Below, one piece after another: positions 35,347-44,900 of a stretch of 64,000 bases of DNA (its first letter is position 1; every line of letters begins with the position of its first letter). Source of the stretch: Candidatus Staskawiczbacteria bacterium. Lineage in GTDB: Bacteria > Patescibacteriota > Minisyncoccia > Minisyncoccales > Staskawiczbacteraceae. The position numbers and the translations under genes were made by a program. The notes beneath the pieces are model-generated. The model was not told the DNA's origin. It made no database searches and saw nothing but the letters and a program-made list of their open reading frames with translations. The stretch covers positions 27,662 through 91,661 of the forward strand of contig JAHFKU010000001.1 in assembly GCA_023245195.1 (NCBI GenBank). The letters run 5' to 3'.

Positions 35347-35856
35347 ATGTCAGATAAATTACAGCGAACTTTAGTGCTTTTAAAGCCCGATGCCCTGCAT
35401 CGGGGGATTGTGGGCGAAGTCATGCACCGATTTGAAAGGGTGGGAGCTAAAATGGCGGGTCTTAAAATGCTGGTTTCCGATAAAGACGCGGCTGGCAGGC
35501 ACTACACCGACGATCTTGCCAAAAGGAGGGGGGAAAAAGTAAGAAATATGATGATACAAATGATAACTTCGGGGCCCATTATTGCTATTGTCTATGAAGG
35601 GGTTGAGATTGTTGAAATTGTTAGAAAACTGGTTGGCGCTACCGAACCAAAGGCTTCAGCTCCGGGAACGATCCGCGGAGATTTTTCCCATGTTTCTTTT
35701 GGGTATGCCGATGCCAAAGAAATGCCGATTATGAATTTAATTCACGCTTCCGCTTCGCCAGAAGAAGCCCAATCGGAAATAGCGGTTTGGTTCAAGCCTG
35801 AAGAATTGGTAAGCCATAAGCCAAGTTATACTAAATACACGCTTGGCGAAGAATAG
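35347..35856 (+). CDS. ndk: Nucleoside diphosphate kinase (long variant with insertion)
   Basis: TLVLLKPDA, NxxHASAS and the active-site His region (NLIHAS); good terminator downstream. Confidence 0.85.
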   Translation: MSDKLQRTLVLLKPDALHRGIVGEVMHRFERVGAKMAGLKMLVSDKDAAGRHYTDDLAKRRGEKVRNMMIQMITSGPIIAIVYEGVEIVEIVRKLVGATEPKASAPGTIRGDFSHVSFGYADAKEMPIMNLIHASASPEEAQSEIAVWFKPEELVSHKPSYTKYTLGEE

Positions 35857-35871
35857 AAAGAAAATATTACA

Positions 35872-35897
35872 AAAACGTACCTCGTACCGTTTTTTGT
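35872..35897 (+). terminator. Terminator after ndk
   Basis: AAAACG.TAC-CTC-GTACCGTTTTTT. Confidence 0.6.
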
Positions 35898-35952
35898 GTT
35901 AATTTATTCACAACTTCTTGTTTTTTAGCAATTAAAAATATGCTAAAATAAA

Positions 35953-35984
35953 GAAATGCCGTGAAAGCATTTCGTGATTCAAAG
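35953..35984. repeat. MITE-A solo-end remnant immediately upstream of giant gene 1
   Basis: GAAATGCC joined directly to GCGAAAGCATTTCGTGATTCAAAG (the right-end sequence). Confidence 0.55.
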
Positions 35985-36008
35985 AGTGTATCATTTTTAA
36001 TTTACCAC

Positions 36009-39000
36009 ATGGCTTTTAAAAAAATTTCAACGTCAGTTATTTTTGCCGGAATATTTACTTGCACGGTGGTGTTTTTTTATTTGCCCGCAACGCCATTAAA
36101 AATCCAAGAAGCCAGAGCTTATGCCTGCTATGACGATGGAACCAATGACAGTAATTTTAACTGGACCGACACCAGTATTTGGGCTGGCTGCAATGGCAGT
36201 TATCCCGGCTCTCCCGCAAATGGAAATAGCGATACGGTAACTATTGGTAATACTAATCAAAGTGGTAACACATTTACGCTTAATACGAGTTCCATTACCA
36301 TAGCTAGTTTAATTATAGGTCCTATCAGCCACGGCGGTACACTAAAATTAAACGGAAATACACTTAATGTAAACGGTGCTGTAACCATAAAAACTGCTGC
36401 CAACTGCAGCTTCGCAAGTGATTTGCAGGTTGGAACAGGAACTTTAAATGCGACAGGTCTTATTACCATCGAAAATACTGCTGCCGATTCTAGTAATTGC
36501 GATGCAGATCTTGACGCAAGTACCGGAACCATTACCGCCAGCGGTGGCATTACCTTTTTATTTACCGCCGGAGCCAGTGCAGACTTAAGGCTCACCACCA
36601 CCGGAGCCACTACGATTAACCTTACCGGAGCTGTAACGGGCGCAGGGGATTTGTCTATTAATTCTGCGACCACGTTAGTTTCAACCGGTACCAGTAGTCT
36701 TGGACAAACTGCAACTTGGGGTAAATTATCTATCCCGAGTGGAACACTTACGATGGGGGCATTTGCTATATCGTTTGCTGGCACTACCAGTCTTACCGGC
36801 GGCACGCTCGCTGTCTCCAGCGCCACTGGAACCAAAACCTTCACCGGCGCCGTCACCTGCACCACCGGTAGTTTTGATTTGTCAGGGTTTGCTACCGTCA
36901 CCAGCTTTGCTGCCGGTATCACCGCCAACTGTACTACGTTTAATACGGGTACGGGCACTGCTGCTTTTTCAGCCGACCAATCTCTTGCTGGTTCGACCAA
37001 TATCACTTTCGGTGGTACTGTCACCCCCGCTTCAACTAAAACGATTACTAACAATAACACTGGAACGGTCACCGTTTCAGGAGCATTGACTCTGACGGGA
37101 AACTGGACGCAGGGCGCCAACTCAACCTTGAGCCTGGGCGCAACTCCGACGGGATCAGGCACTTTTGATACGAGTACGAATACGCCAAACACGGTAAAAT
37201 ATACCGCCACATCAACGCTGAAAGCTCCCAGTAGTTCTTACTACAATTTAACGATTACGGGAGGAACGGTAACAACGATAGCGGTAACGGTAACCAATAA
37301 TCTCGTAGTGAGCGGAGGCACTCTTTCTGGCACTTCTAATATTACCGTCAATGGCGGGGGAGTCACCGGTGATGGCACGATCACCATGAGCGCCCCCAGT
37401 GTCTTTTTAGTAGACGGCACTGGTAACTTCGGTGGTGCTACCGGCTGGACATTTTATGATTTAACCTTTGGAGATGGCAGTGGAGCTACGACAACCACGG
37501 CTACCGGAGCAGGAAGTATTACCGTCACCAACACTCAAACGGTTGCCGCTAATCAAACATTAAATGCTGGAAGTAAAACGTGGAATTTAACCGGTGTAGC
37601 AGTGAGCACTTCTTCTACCTATGTTCAAGGATGCGTCAATACTAATGCTAGTAATTCAGTCACTTGTACGATGAGTTCAAATATAACTGCGGGAAATTTA
37701 TTGGTGGTAAGCGGTTCAACTGCCGCAAATTTAACGGCTACTTTTTCCAGTTCTTCTGGAGTCAGTTGCACCTGGAATACGATTACCAGTGGCATAGCTA
37801 ATAGCGGTGTTCCTTTCAACTACGCTTTGGCTTATTGTCTTGTTCCTTCAACCGGAGCCGAAACAATCCAAATAAGTTGGAGCGGTAGCAGTTCTTTTAG
37901 CGATATTACGATTGCTGAATATAGTAATACGAGCGGCGGGTTTGCTCCCGGATTTGATAAATCGAGCAATGCGGTTGTTACGGGAGACTCCACTACCTGC
38001 AGTACCGGAACGACAGCTACGTTATCGCAGGCCAATGAATTGGTTATTGCCCTTTGCCATGGCTGGAACGGTAATGCTACCATTGGGACCGTATCGGGAT
38101 ATACCAAAAGAACCACTTCTGAAAGATCTAGTAACAATAATGGCTGGTATGACAAAGATGTAACCAGTACGACTGGTGTTTCGTGGTCCGCAACGATTGG
38201 GAGCGATAAAAGCATCGGCTTGATAGCTACGTTTATGAAATCCGGAATTACTGGAAGCCAATCATTAACCGTTAACGGCACTTTCACGGCCAGTACCTCA
38301 ACGTTCGCTTTTCAAAATGATATGGCTTTAACCATTCCCGCATTAACGTATTATAATTTAACCCTCTCTCCCACCATCACCGCCGCCCGCACCTACACCT
38401 TCGCCGGAGTCACCACCGTCAGCAACAACTTTGATATCAACCCCACTGCTTCTTCTGCCTTGGCTCTTACTACTAACCTTGGCGGAACGCTCACCGTCAC
38501 CGGTTCCACCACCATTGAGCGTACCACCTCTGCCACTTCCACCCTCGACACCCTTTCAGCTAGTAACTACGCTCTTTCATCAGGCTCTATTACGATTTCC
38601 ACCGGAGGAACCTTCACTTCCAATAATTCCGTTATCACCCTCACCGGCACCTCCGGCACGTTGTTTACCAAAACCGGAACTCTCACCGCCGTTGGCACCA
38701 CTTCTGAATGGGATGTCACTTCTGCAAGCGGAAGCCCCACCTTATTATCCGCCTCTACAACCCTCCACATCCTCAAGATCAACGCCGCCGCCACCGTCAT
38801 TAACCTCGGAGCGGCTTTCACCACCGACAATAATTCAGGCAACAAACTCTATGTAGCTTCCGGCGTCTTAAACCAGGAAAACCGCACCATCACCGCCGGA
38901 ACCAGCGGCACCTTGCAACTTGATTCCGGAGGCACCCTCTGCTTAGGGGGAACCACTTCTGCCACCACCGCCACCTGTGACTCGGGAGCCACCCAAACCA

Positions 39001-40364
39001 CTTCCTACACCCTTCCTTCATTTACCACTAACACGATTAATGCCTCTTCTACCGTTATCTATCTCTCAAATGCGACTACGACCGTAACCTCGTTAACCTA
39101 CGGCAACCTCAGCCTGATGCCAAAGATGACCACCGGAGTCGGAAGTCTTACTTACACCATGCCATCGAGCACCGTCAGCATCACCGGCAACTTTAACATC
39201 AAACCCACCGCTTCCAACGCGAGTCTGGCTCTCACCGTCAACTTGGCCACTTCCTCAAACACCGTCACCGGCACCACCACCATCCAACCCGATTCCACCA
39301 ATAGTCCCACGGCCAAGTTAGCTTCCACCTCTTCCAACTACAACCTAACCACCGGCAAGGTAGACATCGAATCCAACGGAACCTTGGATATTAATAATTC
39401 CACCCTCACCATTACCGGAACCTCGGGAACGTTATTCACGAGAGTGGGAACCTTCACCATCGGAGGTACCAGTACCACCACCTTTTCGGGCAATGGAGAC
39501 GCCACCTTAAATTCCGGATCGATAACATTCGATGCCATGACTAATTCTGGAACCGGAACCAAAACCCTCGGAGCCGCCATCACCACCGGGGGAGCGTTGA
39601 CGATTAGCGCGGGGACAATCGATGTTTCAGCCAGCGGCTGCTCTTCCGCTTCTTGTGCTGTTAATGTTGCGGGAAATTTTGCAAATTCCGGAACTTTTAC
39701 TGCCCGCACCGGTACAGTCACTTTTAATGGAACTAGTCAGACGATTTTTGGATCTACTTCTTTTTATAATTTTACCAAATCCGTCAGTTCTGCCGACACC
39801 TTAACTTTTACGGCCTCGTCTACCCAGACTATTGCCGGAACTCTTACGCTCCAGGGCGCTTCCGGTCAGCTGCTTTCATTGGTTTCAAGTTCGAGCCCGA
39901 CCCAATGGAATATTGATCCCCAAGGAACTCGGACCATCGGTTATCTAGATGTTAAAGATTCCAACAACACCAATGCTACGGCAATTACGACATCGGGGTT
40001 TACTATTACTGATTCCGGCCACAATACTAATTGGACATTTAGCACCTCGGGAACGACTCAACAATATGCCGGCGGACGAGTAATATATCTGCCAAAATCT
40101 GAAAAACCAAAAAATCCTATTTTGGTAAATCCTCAATATTTCTTCATTCGTTATTTGGGGCCCGGCGATAGGGGAGAGGATGTACTAATGCTTCAAACAT
40201 TACTTTTGCAACAAGGATTTTTTCCCGCCACTGTAATTATGAATGGTTATTTCGGATCGATAACCAAATTGTCAGTTAAAAAATTTCAGGCCAAATATGG
40301 TATTCGCCAAACGGGAAATGTCGGACCGCTCACCAAAAATGTTTTGAATACTTTAGAAAAATAG
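36009..40364 (+). CDS. Giant S/T/G-rich beta-helix surface protein 1 (~1450 aa) with C-terminal peptidoglycan-binding domain
   Basis: Signal anchor; N-terminal C..DDGTNDSNFNWTD..W..CNGSYPG..NGNSDTVTI module; T/S/G-rich beta-solenoid repeats; C-terminal PG_binding_1 (LMLQTLLLQQG...GYFGSITKLSVKKFQ). The track GTG at 35961 would translate a MITE remnant, so the ATG at 36009 is preferred. Confidence 0.7.
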   Translation: MAFKKISTSVIFAGIFTCTVVFFYLPATPLKIQEARAYACYDDGTNDSNFNWTDTSIWAGCNGSYPGSPANGNSDTVTIGNTNQSGNTFTLNTSSITIASLIIGPISHGGTLKLNGNTLNVNGAVTIKTAANCSFASDLQVGTGTLNATGLITIENTAADSSNCDADLDASTGTITASGGITFLFTAGASADLRLTTTGATTINLTGAVTGAGDLSINSATTLVSTGTSSLGQTATWGKLSIPSGTLTMGAFAISFAGTTSLTGGTLAVSSATGTKTFTGAVTCTTGSFDLSGFATVTSFAAGITANCTTFNTGTGTAAFSADQSLAGSTNITFGGTVTPASTKTITNNNTGTVTVSGALTLTGNWTQGANSTLSLGATPTGSGTFDTSTNTPNTVKYTATSTLKAPSSSYYNLTITGGTVTTIAVTVTNNLVVSGGTLSGTSNITVNGGGVTGDGTITMSAPSVFLVDGTGNFGGATGWTFYDLTFGDGSGATTTTATGAGSITVTNTQTVAANQTLNAGSKTWNLTGVAVSTSSTYVQGCVNTNASNSVTCTMSSNITAGNLLVVSGSTAANLTATFSSSSGVSCTWNTITSGIANSGVPFNYALAYCLVPSTGAETIQISWSGSSSFSDITIAEYSNTSGGFAPGFDKSSNAVVTGDSTTCSTGTTATLSQANELVIALCHGWNGNATIGTVSGYTKRTTSERSSNNNGWYDKDVTSTTGVSWSATIGSDKSIGLIATFMKSGITGSQSLTVNGTFTASTSTFAFQNDMALTIPALTYYNLTLSPTITAARTYTFAGVTTVSNNFDINPTASSALALTTNLGGTLTVTGSTTIERTTSATSTLDTLSASNYALSSGSITISTGGTFTSNNSVITLTGTSGTLFTKTGTLTAVGTTSEWDVTSASGSPTLLSASTTLHILKINAAATVINLGAAFTTDNNSGNKLYVASGVLNQENRTITAGTSGTLQLDSGGTLCLGGTTSATTATCDSGATQTTSYTLPSFTTNTINASSTVIYLSNATTTVTSLTYGNLSLMPKMTTGVGSLTYTMPSSTVSITGNFNIKPTASNASLALTVNLATSSNTVTGTTTIQPDSTNSPTAKLASTSSNYNLTTGKVDIESNGTLDINNSTLTITGTSGTLFTRVGTFTIGGTSTTTFSGNGDATLNSGSITFDAMTNSGTGTKTLGAAITTGGALTISAGTIDVSASGCSSASCAVNVAGNFANSGTFTARTGTVTFNGTSQTIFGSTSFYNFTKSVSSADTLTFTASSTQTIAGTLTLQGASGQLLSLVSSSSPTQWNIDPQGTRTIGYLDVKDSNNTNATAITTSGFTITDSGHNTNWTFSTSGTTQQYAGGRVIYLPKSEKPKNPILVNPQYFFIRYLGPGDRGEDVLMLQTLLLQQGFFPATVIMNGYFGSITKLSVKKFQAKYGIRQTGNVGPLTKNVLNTLEK

Positions 40365-40433
40365 TTTTCCACAATTTTCATCTTGACTCGTTTTTTTGAA
40401 AAGTTATAATGAAAGTAGCTCTGAAGTTCCGAA

Positions 40434-40600
40434 AGGCTCACCAATTAAGTATTGTTCTACTGCACATTAAATCTTTTGGTTAAAAATTTCCAAAAGCTCG
40501 GCGGCTTATCGATTCTCACTGATAAGCTTTCTCGCTTTTGATAATTTTCAACTTCAAAACTTTTAATTTTCGTCACGAAAAATACTTAATTGGTGAGCCT
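40434..40600. mobile_element. MITE-B copy (~167 bp) between giant gene 1 and the RAYT
   Basis: Perfect 20-bp TIRs AGGCTCACCAATTAAGTATT / AATACTTAATTGGTGAGCCT; core ~85% identical to the 33129 copy. Confidence 0.65.
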
Positions 40601-40705
40601 CATAATATTCTATATTAATTTTCTTAAGGGAGTTCAATATCTGTTCCGGCTGTGGCCGCGACTTGAGAACACCCACTTATATTTTTCATAGAAATATAAT
40701 AAGGG

Positions 40706-40768
40706 CATCAGAGCAACAAAAAGGTCGCATCCGTGCGATTTTTTTGTTGCTCTGATGCGATGTTTAAT
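40706..40768. repeat. Large perfect hairpin (17-bp stem) upstream of the RAYT; candidate IS left-end structure
   Basis: CATCAGAGCAACAAAAA-GGTCGCATCCGTGCGATT-TTTTTGTTGCTCTGATG. Confidence 0.5.
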
Positions 40769-40789
40769 GATAAAATACCTATATAATAT

Positions 40790-40812
40790 CTTGCGAGGTC
40801 ATACCTCGCAAG
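40790..40812. repeat. REP hairpin copy 1 (CTTGCGAGGTCATACCTCGCAAG), 14 bp upstream of the RAYT ATG
   Basis: Perfect 10-bp stem with ATG/CAT in the loop, which is shared by copies 2 and 3. Confidence 0.7.
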
Positions 40813-40825
40813 ATTTATAAAATTT

Positions 40826-41578
40826 ATGTCTTCAAAAAGACCACAATTAGTTAACGATGAATTTTATCATGTTGTCCTAAGAACTGTGGGTGATAGCGTT
40901 GTTTTCGAAAAAGAAGATGATTTTTATCGTGGCATTTTTTCTATTTATGAATTTAATAATGTCAACCCTGTAAATATATGGTTGAGAAGACAGCAACGTA
41001 AAAAGGAAAAGGCAATGGAAGATCTTGTAAAATCAGATTCTGTAAATTTGCGAGGTATGACCTCGCAATACTCTGAACAACTAGACAGAAGAGATAAGAT
41101 GGTGGAGATTTTATGTTTTTCTTTTATGCCGAATCACTTGCATCTTTTACTGCGCCAATTAAAAGATGATGGAATTACTCATTTTATGCAAAAAGTTGGT
41201 ACTGGCTATGCAAGATATTTTAATCAAAAATACAATCGCAAGGGGCATCTTTTCAGCCGTTTTCGAGCAGTTCATATTAAAACTGATGAACAGTTGAAAA
41301 ATACATTTACCTATATCCACACTAATTTAATCGCTTTAATCGAGCCAGGGTTTAAGGAAAAAGGATTAAAAAATCCCAAGAAGGTAATAGAATTTTTAGA
41401 AAATAGTAAACGCCACAGTTATCTTGATTATCTTAATAAAAAGAATTTTCCTTCGGTCACAGAAAGAGAATTTCTTCTAAACATATTAGGAGGTCCGGAT
41501 GGTTGCCGGGAAGAAGTAAATAATTGGGTAAATCATAAAAAAGAGTTGAAAGATTTTAGTAATGTTTTTTTAGAATAA
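40826..41578 (+). CDS. IS200/IS605-family HUH tyrosine transposase, REP-associated (RAYT-like)
   Basis: N-terminal YHVVLRT, HUH motif NHLHLLL, and catalytic-Tyr region TYIHTNLIALIEPG. Identical REP hairpins lie upstream, inside and downstream. Confidence 0.8.
   Translation: MSSKRPQLVNDEFYHVVLRTVGDSVVFEKEDDFYRGIFSIYEFNNVNPVNIWLRRQQRKKEKAMEDLVKSDSVNLRGMTSQYSEQLDRRDKMVEILCFSFMPNHLHLLLRQLKDDGITHFMQKVGTGYARYFNQKYNRKGHLFSRFRAVHIKTDEQLKNTFTYIHTNLIALIEPGFKEKGLKNPKKVIEFLENSKRHSYLDYLNKKNFPSVTEREFLLNILGGPDGCREEVNNWVNHKKELKDFSNVFLE
41048..41068. repeat. REP hairpin copy 2, inside the RAYT coding sequence
   Basis: TTGCGAGGTATGACCTCGCAA, translated in frame as NLRGMTSQY. Confidence 0.7.
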
Positions 41579-41592
41579 CTATTCTAAATTGC

Positions 41593-41635
41593 AAACAAAA
41601 ACTTTGCGAGGTATGACCTCGCAAAGTTTTTGTTT
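41593..41635. repeat. REP hairpin copy 3 with extended 20-bp stem, downstream of the RAYT
   Basis: AAACAAAAACTTTGCGAGGTATGACCTCGCAAAGTTTTTGTTT. Confidence 0.7.
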
Positions 41636-41886
41636 CTTCTGGGAAGTTATCCACAGTTTTACGGTGGTTTTTAGTATATTTCACATCATTAAAATATGGT
41701 AAAATGAACGAATAATTTTATATTTTTTCCAGCTTTTTTAAATGCCTCCCAAAAAACGCAAGCATAATATTATAACCATAAAAATAAAAGATAAAAATAC
41801 GGTTGCAAAAGCTCCGGCAAGTCTTTATGTGCGCATTGTTTCTCCTGCGCCGGCGCATAAATTATGGTTGCTTAATCTTTTTAGTT

Positions 41887-41957
41887 CTCAATTGCAAAAC
41901 TTCCGTTTTAAAAGTTACTTTTTTGGTCTTTTTCCCACAAAAGATTTTCGTGATTCA
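41887..41957. repeat. Internally deleted MITE-A remnant in the 5' leader of giant gene 2
   Basis: Matches the left 45 bp (…CCGTTTTAAAAGTTACTTTT…GGTCTTTTTC) and right end (AAAGATTTTCGTGATTCAG) of the 26831 copy. Confidence 0.6.
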
Positions 41958-41975
41958 GTGTTTTTTAAAGTTTTT

Positions 41976-44900
41976 GTGGCGGAATTTTGGCATCTTAAAA
42001 ATACCGCCCGCACCAATATTAAATCTATTGCCCTGGTTTCTTCCCTTTTTATTTTTTCTTTAACACTAACAACCGGCAATTCATTTATTTCAACCTACCA
42101 AATACATCAGCGGGATTACCGCACCATTAAAGATGTTGTCATCAAACAACTGTCGCCGGCGGTTATAAATCAGCCTACCCAATACACCGTTTTAGTCAAG
42201 CAAAGTTTAATTACCAAAGGCAAGAAGGGACAGTATTTGGTAAAGCTTCCAAAAGGCGCCACTAATATCAGTGTTAAAACCATCTTAGCCGATCAAGCCA
42301 AACAAATTCTTTCAAAAGAAACTCCAAAAATCACCAGCCTCTTTTCTAATCTTAAAAATCCTTTATCTTTTACAAAACCTTCCCATTCGGTTTCTGTCAA
42401 ACCCAAAAACGGCCAATTTCTTTTAGCTTCACTTGATGAGTCGGGCTTGCCAGAAACTCCACCAGCGCTAGAACCCGTAGCAGTTGAGTCTCTGCCAGTT
42501 GAACTTCCACCGGCCGCAGAACACGCAGCTGATCCCGTAAAAACCCAAGAAGAATCCGCCGTTTCTGAATCTGCGCCAATTCAGGAAGAGCCCGTAACTT
42601 CCGATGTTCGCGTTATTAAAACTAAGGATGCTACCTTTGTAGATGTTTCTTCTCAAGCGCCGCCAGCGCCAGAATCTGTTACAGAAAATAATAGTGAAGC
42701 TTCTGATGCGCCTGTTGTTCCCGATGCGCCCGCTGCAAATGATGCTAACCAAGATTCTACAAATCAAGATATTGCTGATTCTCCTGAAATTGTTTCCGGA
42801 GAAGTTCCCGCCTCCGATAAATCTTCGGCAGACAAGCCAGCAGACAAAGAAAATAAGGAAAATTCTGGCCAGAATAATCCTGACAACAAACTCAAAAAAG
42901 AAGAGTATATTAAAATTGATTATCAAATCCAGGCAGCCGTAATTACCGAACAAAAAACTAACCATGGGAAAAATGTTACCGTTTCCGCTCCCAATGAAGA
43001 TCCAGAACATCCTCTTACCAACGTGTTGGCTTTTACTGCGATTCCCGAAATTTTTAATATTGGCCAGGAAGATAACATTCAAATTAAGTGGACCAACAAT
43101 CAAGATCAGCCAATGCCCTTTACGGCCCACGATACTAATGGCAATGGAAAGCTTGATTACCTAGAATGGGTAGTTCCGCATTTATCCGAACAAGAATTTA
43201 ACATTATTTATATTTCTAAAGCTTTTTTGCTTGACCAGGATAAAAATGTTCTTGAAGATATTTATCCTATTGTTAAAGAACAGGATGGCACTTTTCAGGC
43301 TGTTACCCAAGGCCAGTATGTCCGTGTGACGTTCATAAAAAATCTTACCCAAAATAACGATATTACGTTGTATGCCCGGCCCACTGACCCAAACCAGCCA
43401 GTTACCATAAAAGTTTACTCTGCTTTGACTGATCAACTTATTACTACCTTTGATGTAATTGATCACGAAGATACCTATCGGGTTTTACTGACAAACTTAG
43501 AACAAGACACCGACGTCTTTGACCTAAAAATCACCAACGCTAACGCTGACATTGATTTTATTGTAGATCCGGGTAACGCTTGTGCAACTAATACTACTGG
43601 CACAGTCAATTGGAGTGCCGCGGGAACTTGGACAAGCTGTGGCGGTGGCTATCCTGGCCAAAGTGGAAACAGCGATACGGTCACTATAGCTAATGCAGCG
43701 GTTGCAGTAACCGGCGATGTTACGGTTACCGTCGATACGATTACGTTTACGGGTGGTAATGCATCCGCATCTATTAATATTAGCAACGGTATAACTATTA
43801 CAGCAACGGGTGCTGCTACGATCAATGCCCCGACCTCGGCTTCTATAACGAAAGAAATTGCAGTAGGTGGTGGTGCTTTGAGTGTTGGTGGACTCTTTAC
43901 CCTGGCTTCTGGTAGCTCTTCTACTAGAATTTCTAAACTTTCAGTTGGTACAGGAACTGCTACTCTTTCTGCGGGTTTGACCTGCACCGGATCAGCAGAA
44001 ACTTTTACCGTTGCCAGTGGCGGAACTTTTAATTTCACTGGTACCATGAGTGCTGGTTGTCTAACCGTTACTATAAATTCTGGATCCACTACTAATTTTA
44101 GTGGTACCGTTCAGCTTGATGGGGCTTATACTTTTGGAATTGTAACCGTTAATAGCGGAACAACAACTATGGGAGCTGTTGCTATTACGTTTGCCGGTAC
44201 CACTACTCTGGGTGGCGGCACCCTGGCGGTTTCCAGTGCCACGGGAACTAAAACATTCACCGGTGCCGTCACTTGCACCACCGGCAGTTTTGATTTATCT
44301 GCTGCCGCTGCCGTCACCAGCTTTGCCGCCGGTATCACCGCCAACTGTACTACGTTTAACACCGGATCAGGTACTGCAACGCTAAGTGCAACTCAATCCC
44401 TGGCTGGTTCTACTAATATTACTTTTGGTGGAGCTTTAACGGTTTCTGCGGGAACTACCACCAATAACAATAGTGGAACCGTTTTATCTACGGGAGTTTT
44501 AACTCTTACTGGTAACTGGGCTCAGGGAGCAAATTCCACTTTGTCTATGAATAGTACTAATAGTGGTTCGGGGACCCTAGATGCTTCTACTAACACTCCA
44601 AACACCGTAAAATATAATGCCACCGCTACCTTAAAAGCCCCAACAAGTTCTTATCATAATCTTACTATCACAGCCGGTACCGTTACTTCTGTGGCAGTTA
44701 CGATTAGCAACGACTTAGTTGTTAGCGGGGGCACGTTTTCTGGTACCGCTAGCATTACGGTAAATGGAGGAGATGTTACTGGTGATGGAACTATTACCAT
44801 GACCGGAGGAACGTTTTTACTAGACGGCACCGGAAATTTCGGAGGCGCTACTGCTTGGACATTTAATAATTTAACCTTTGGGGATGGTAGTGGAACTACG

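Noticed and set aside
41742-41975. ATG at 41742 as the start of giant gene 2 (N-terminal MPPKKRKHNIITIKIK...)
   Set aside because: The first 78 codons are low-complexity and translate a hairpin (..TGCGCCGGCGCA..) and a MITE-A remnant. The in-frame GTG at 41976 gives a canonical positively charged n-region plus a hydrophobic anchor. This is uncertain and left as inference.
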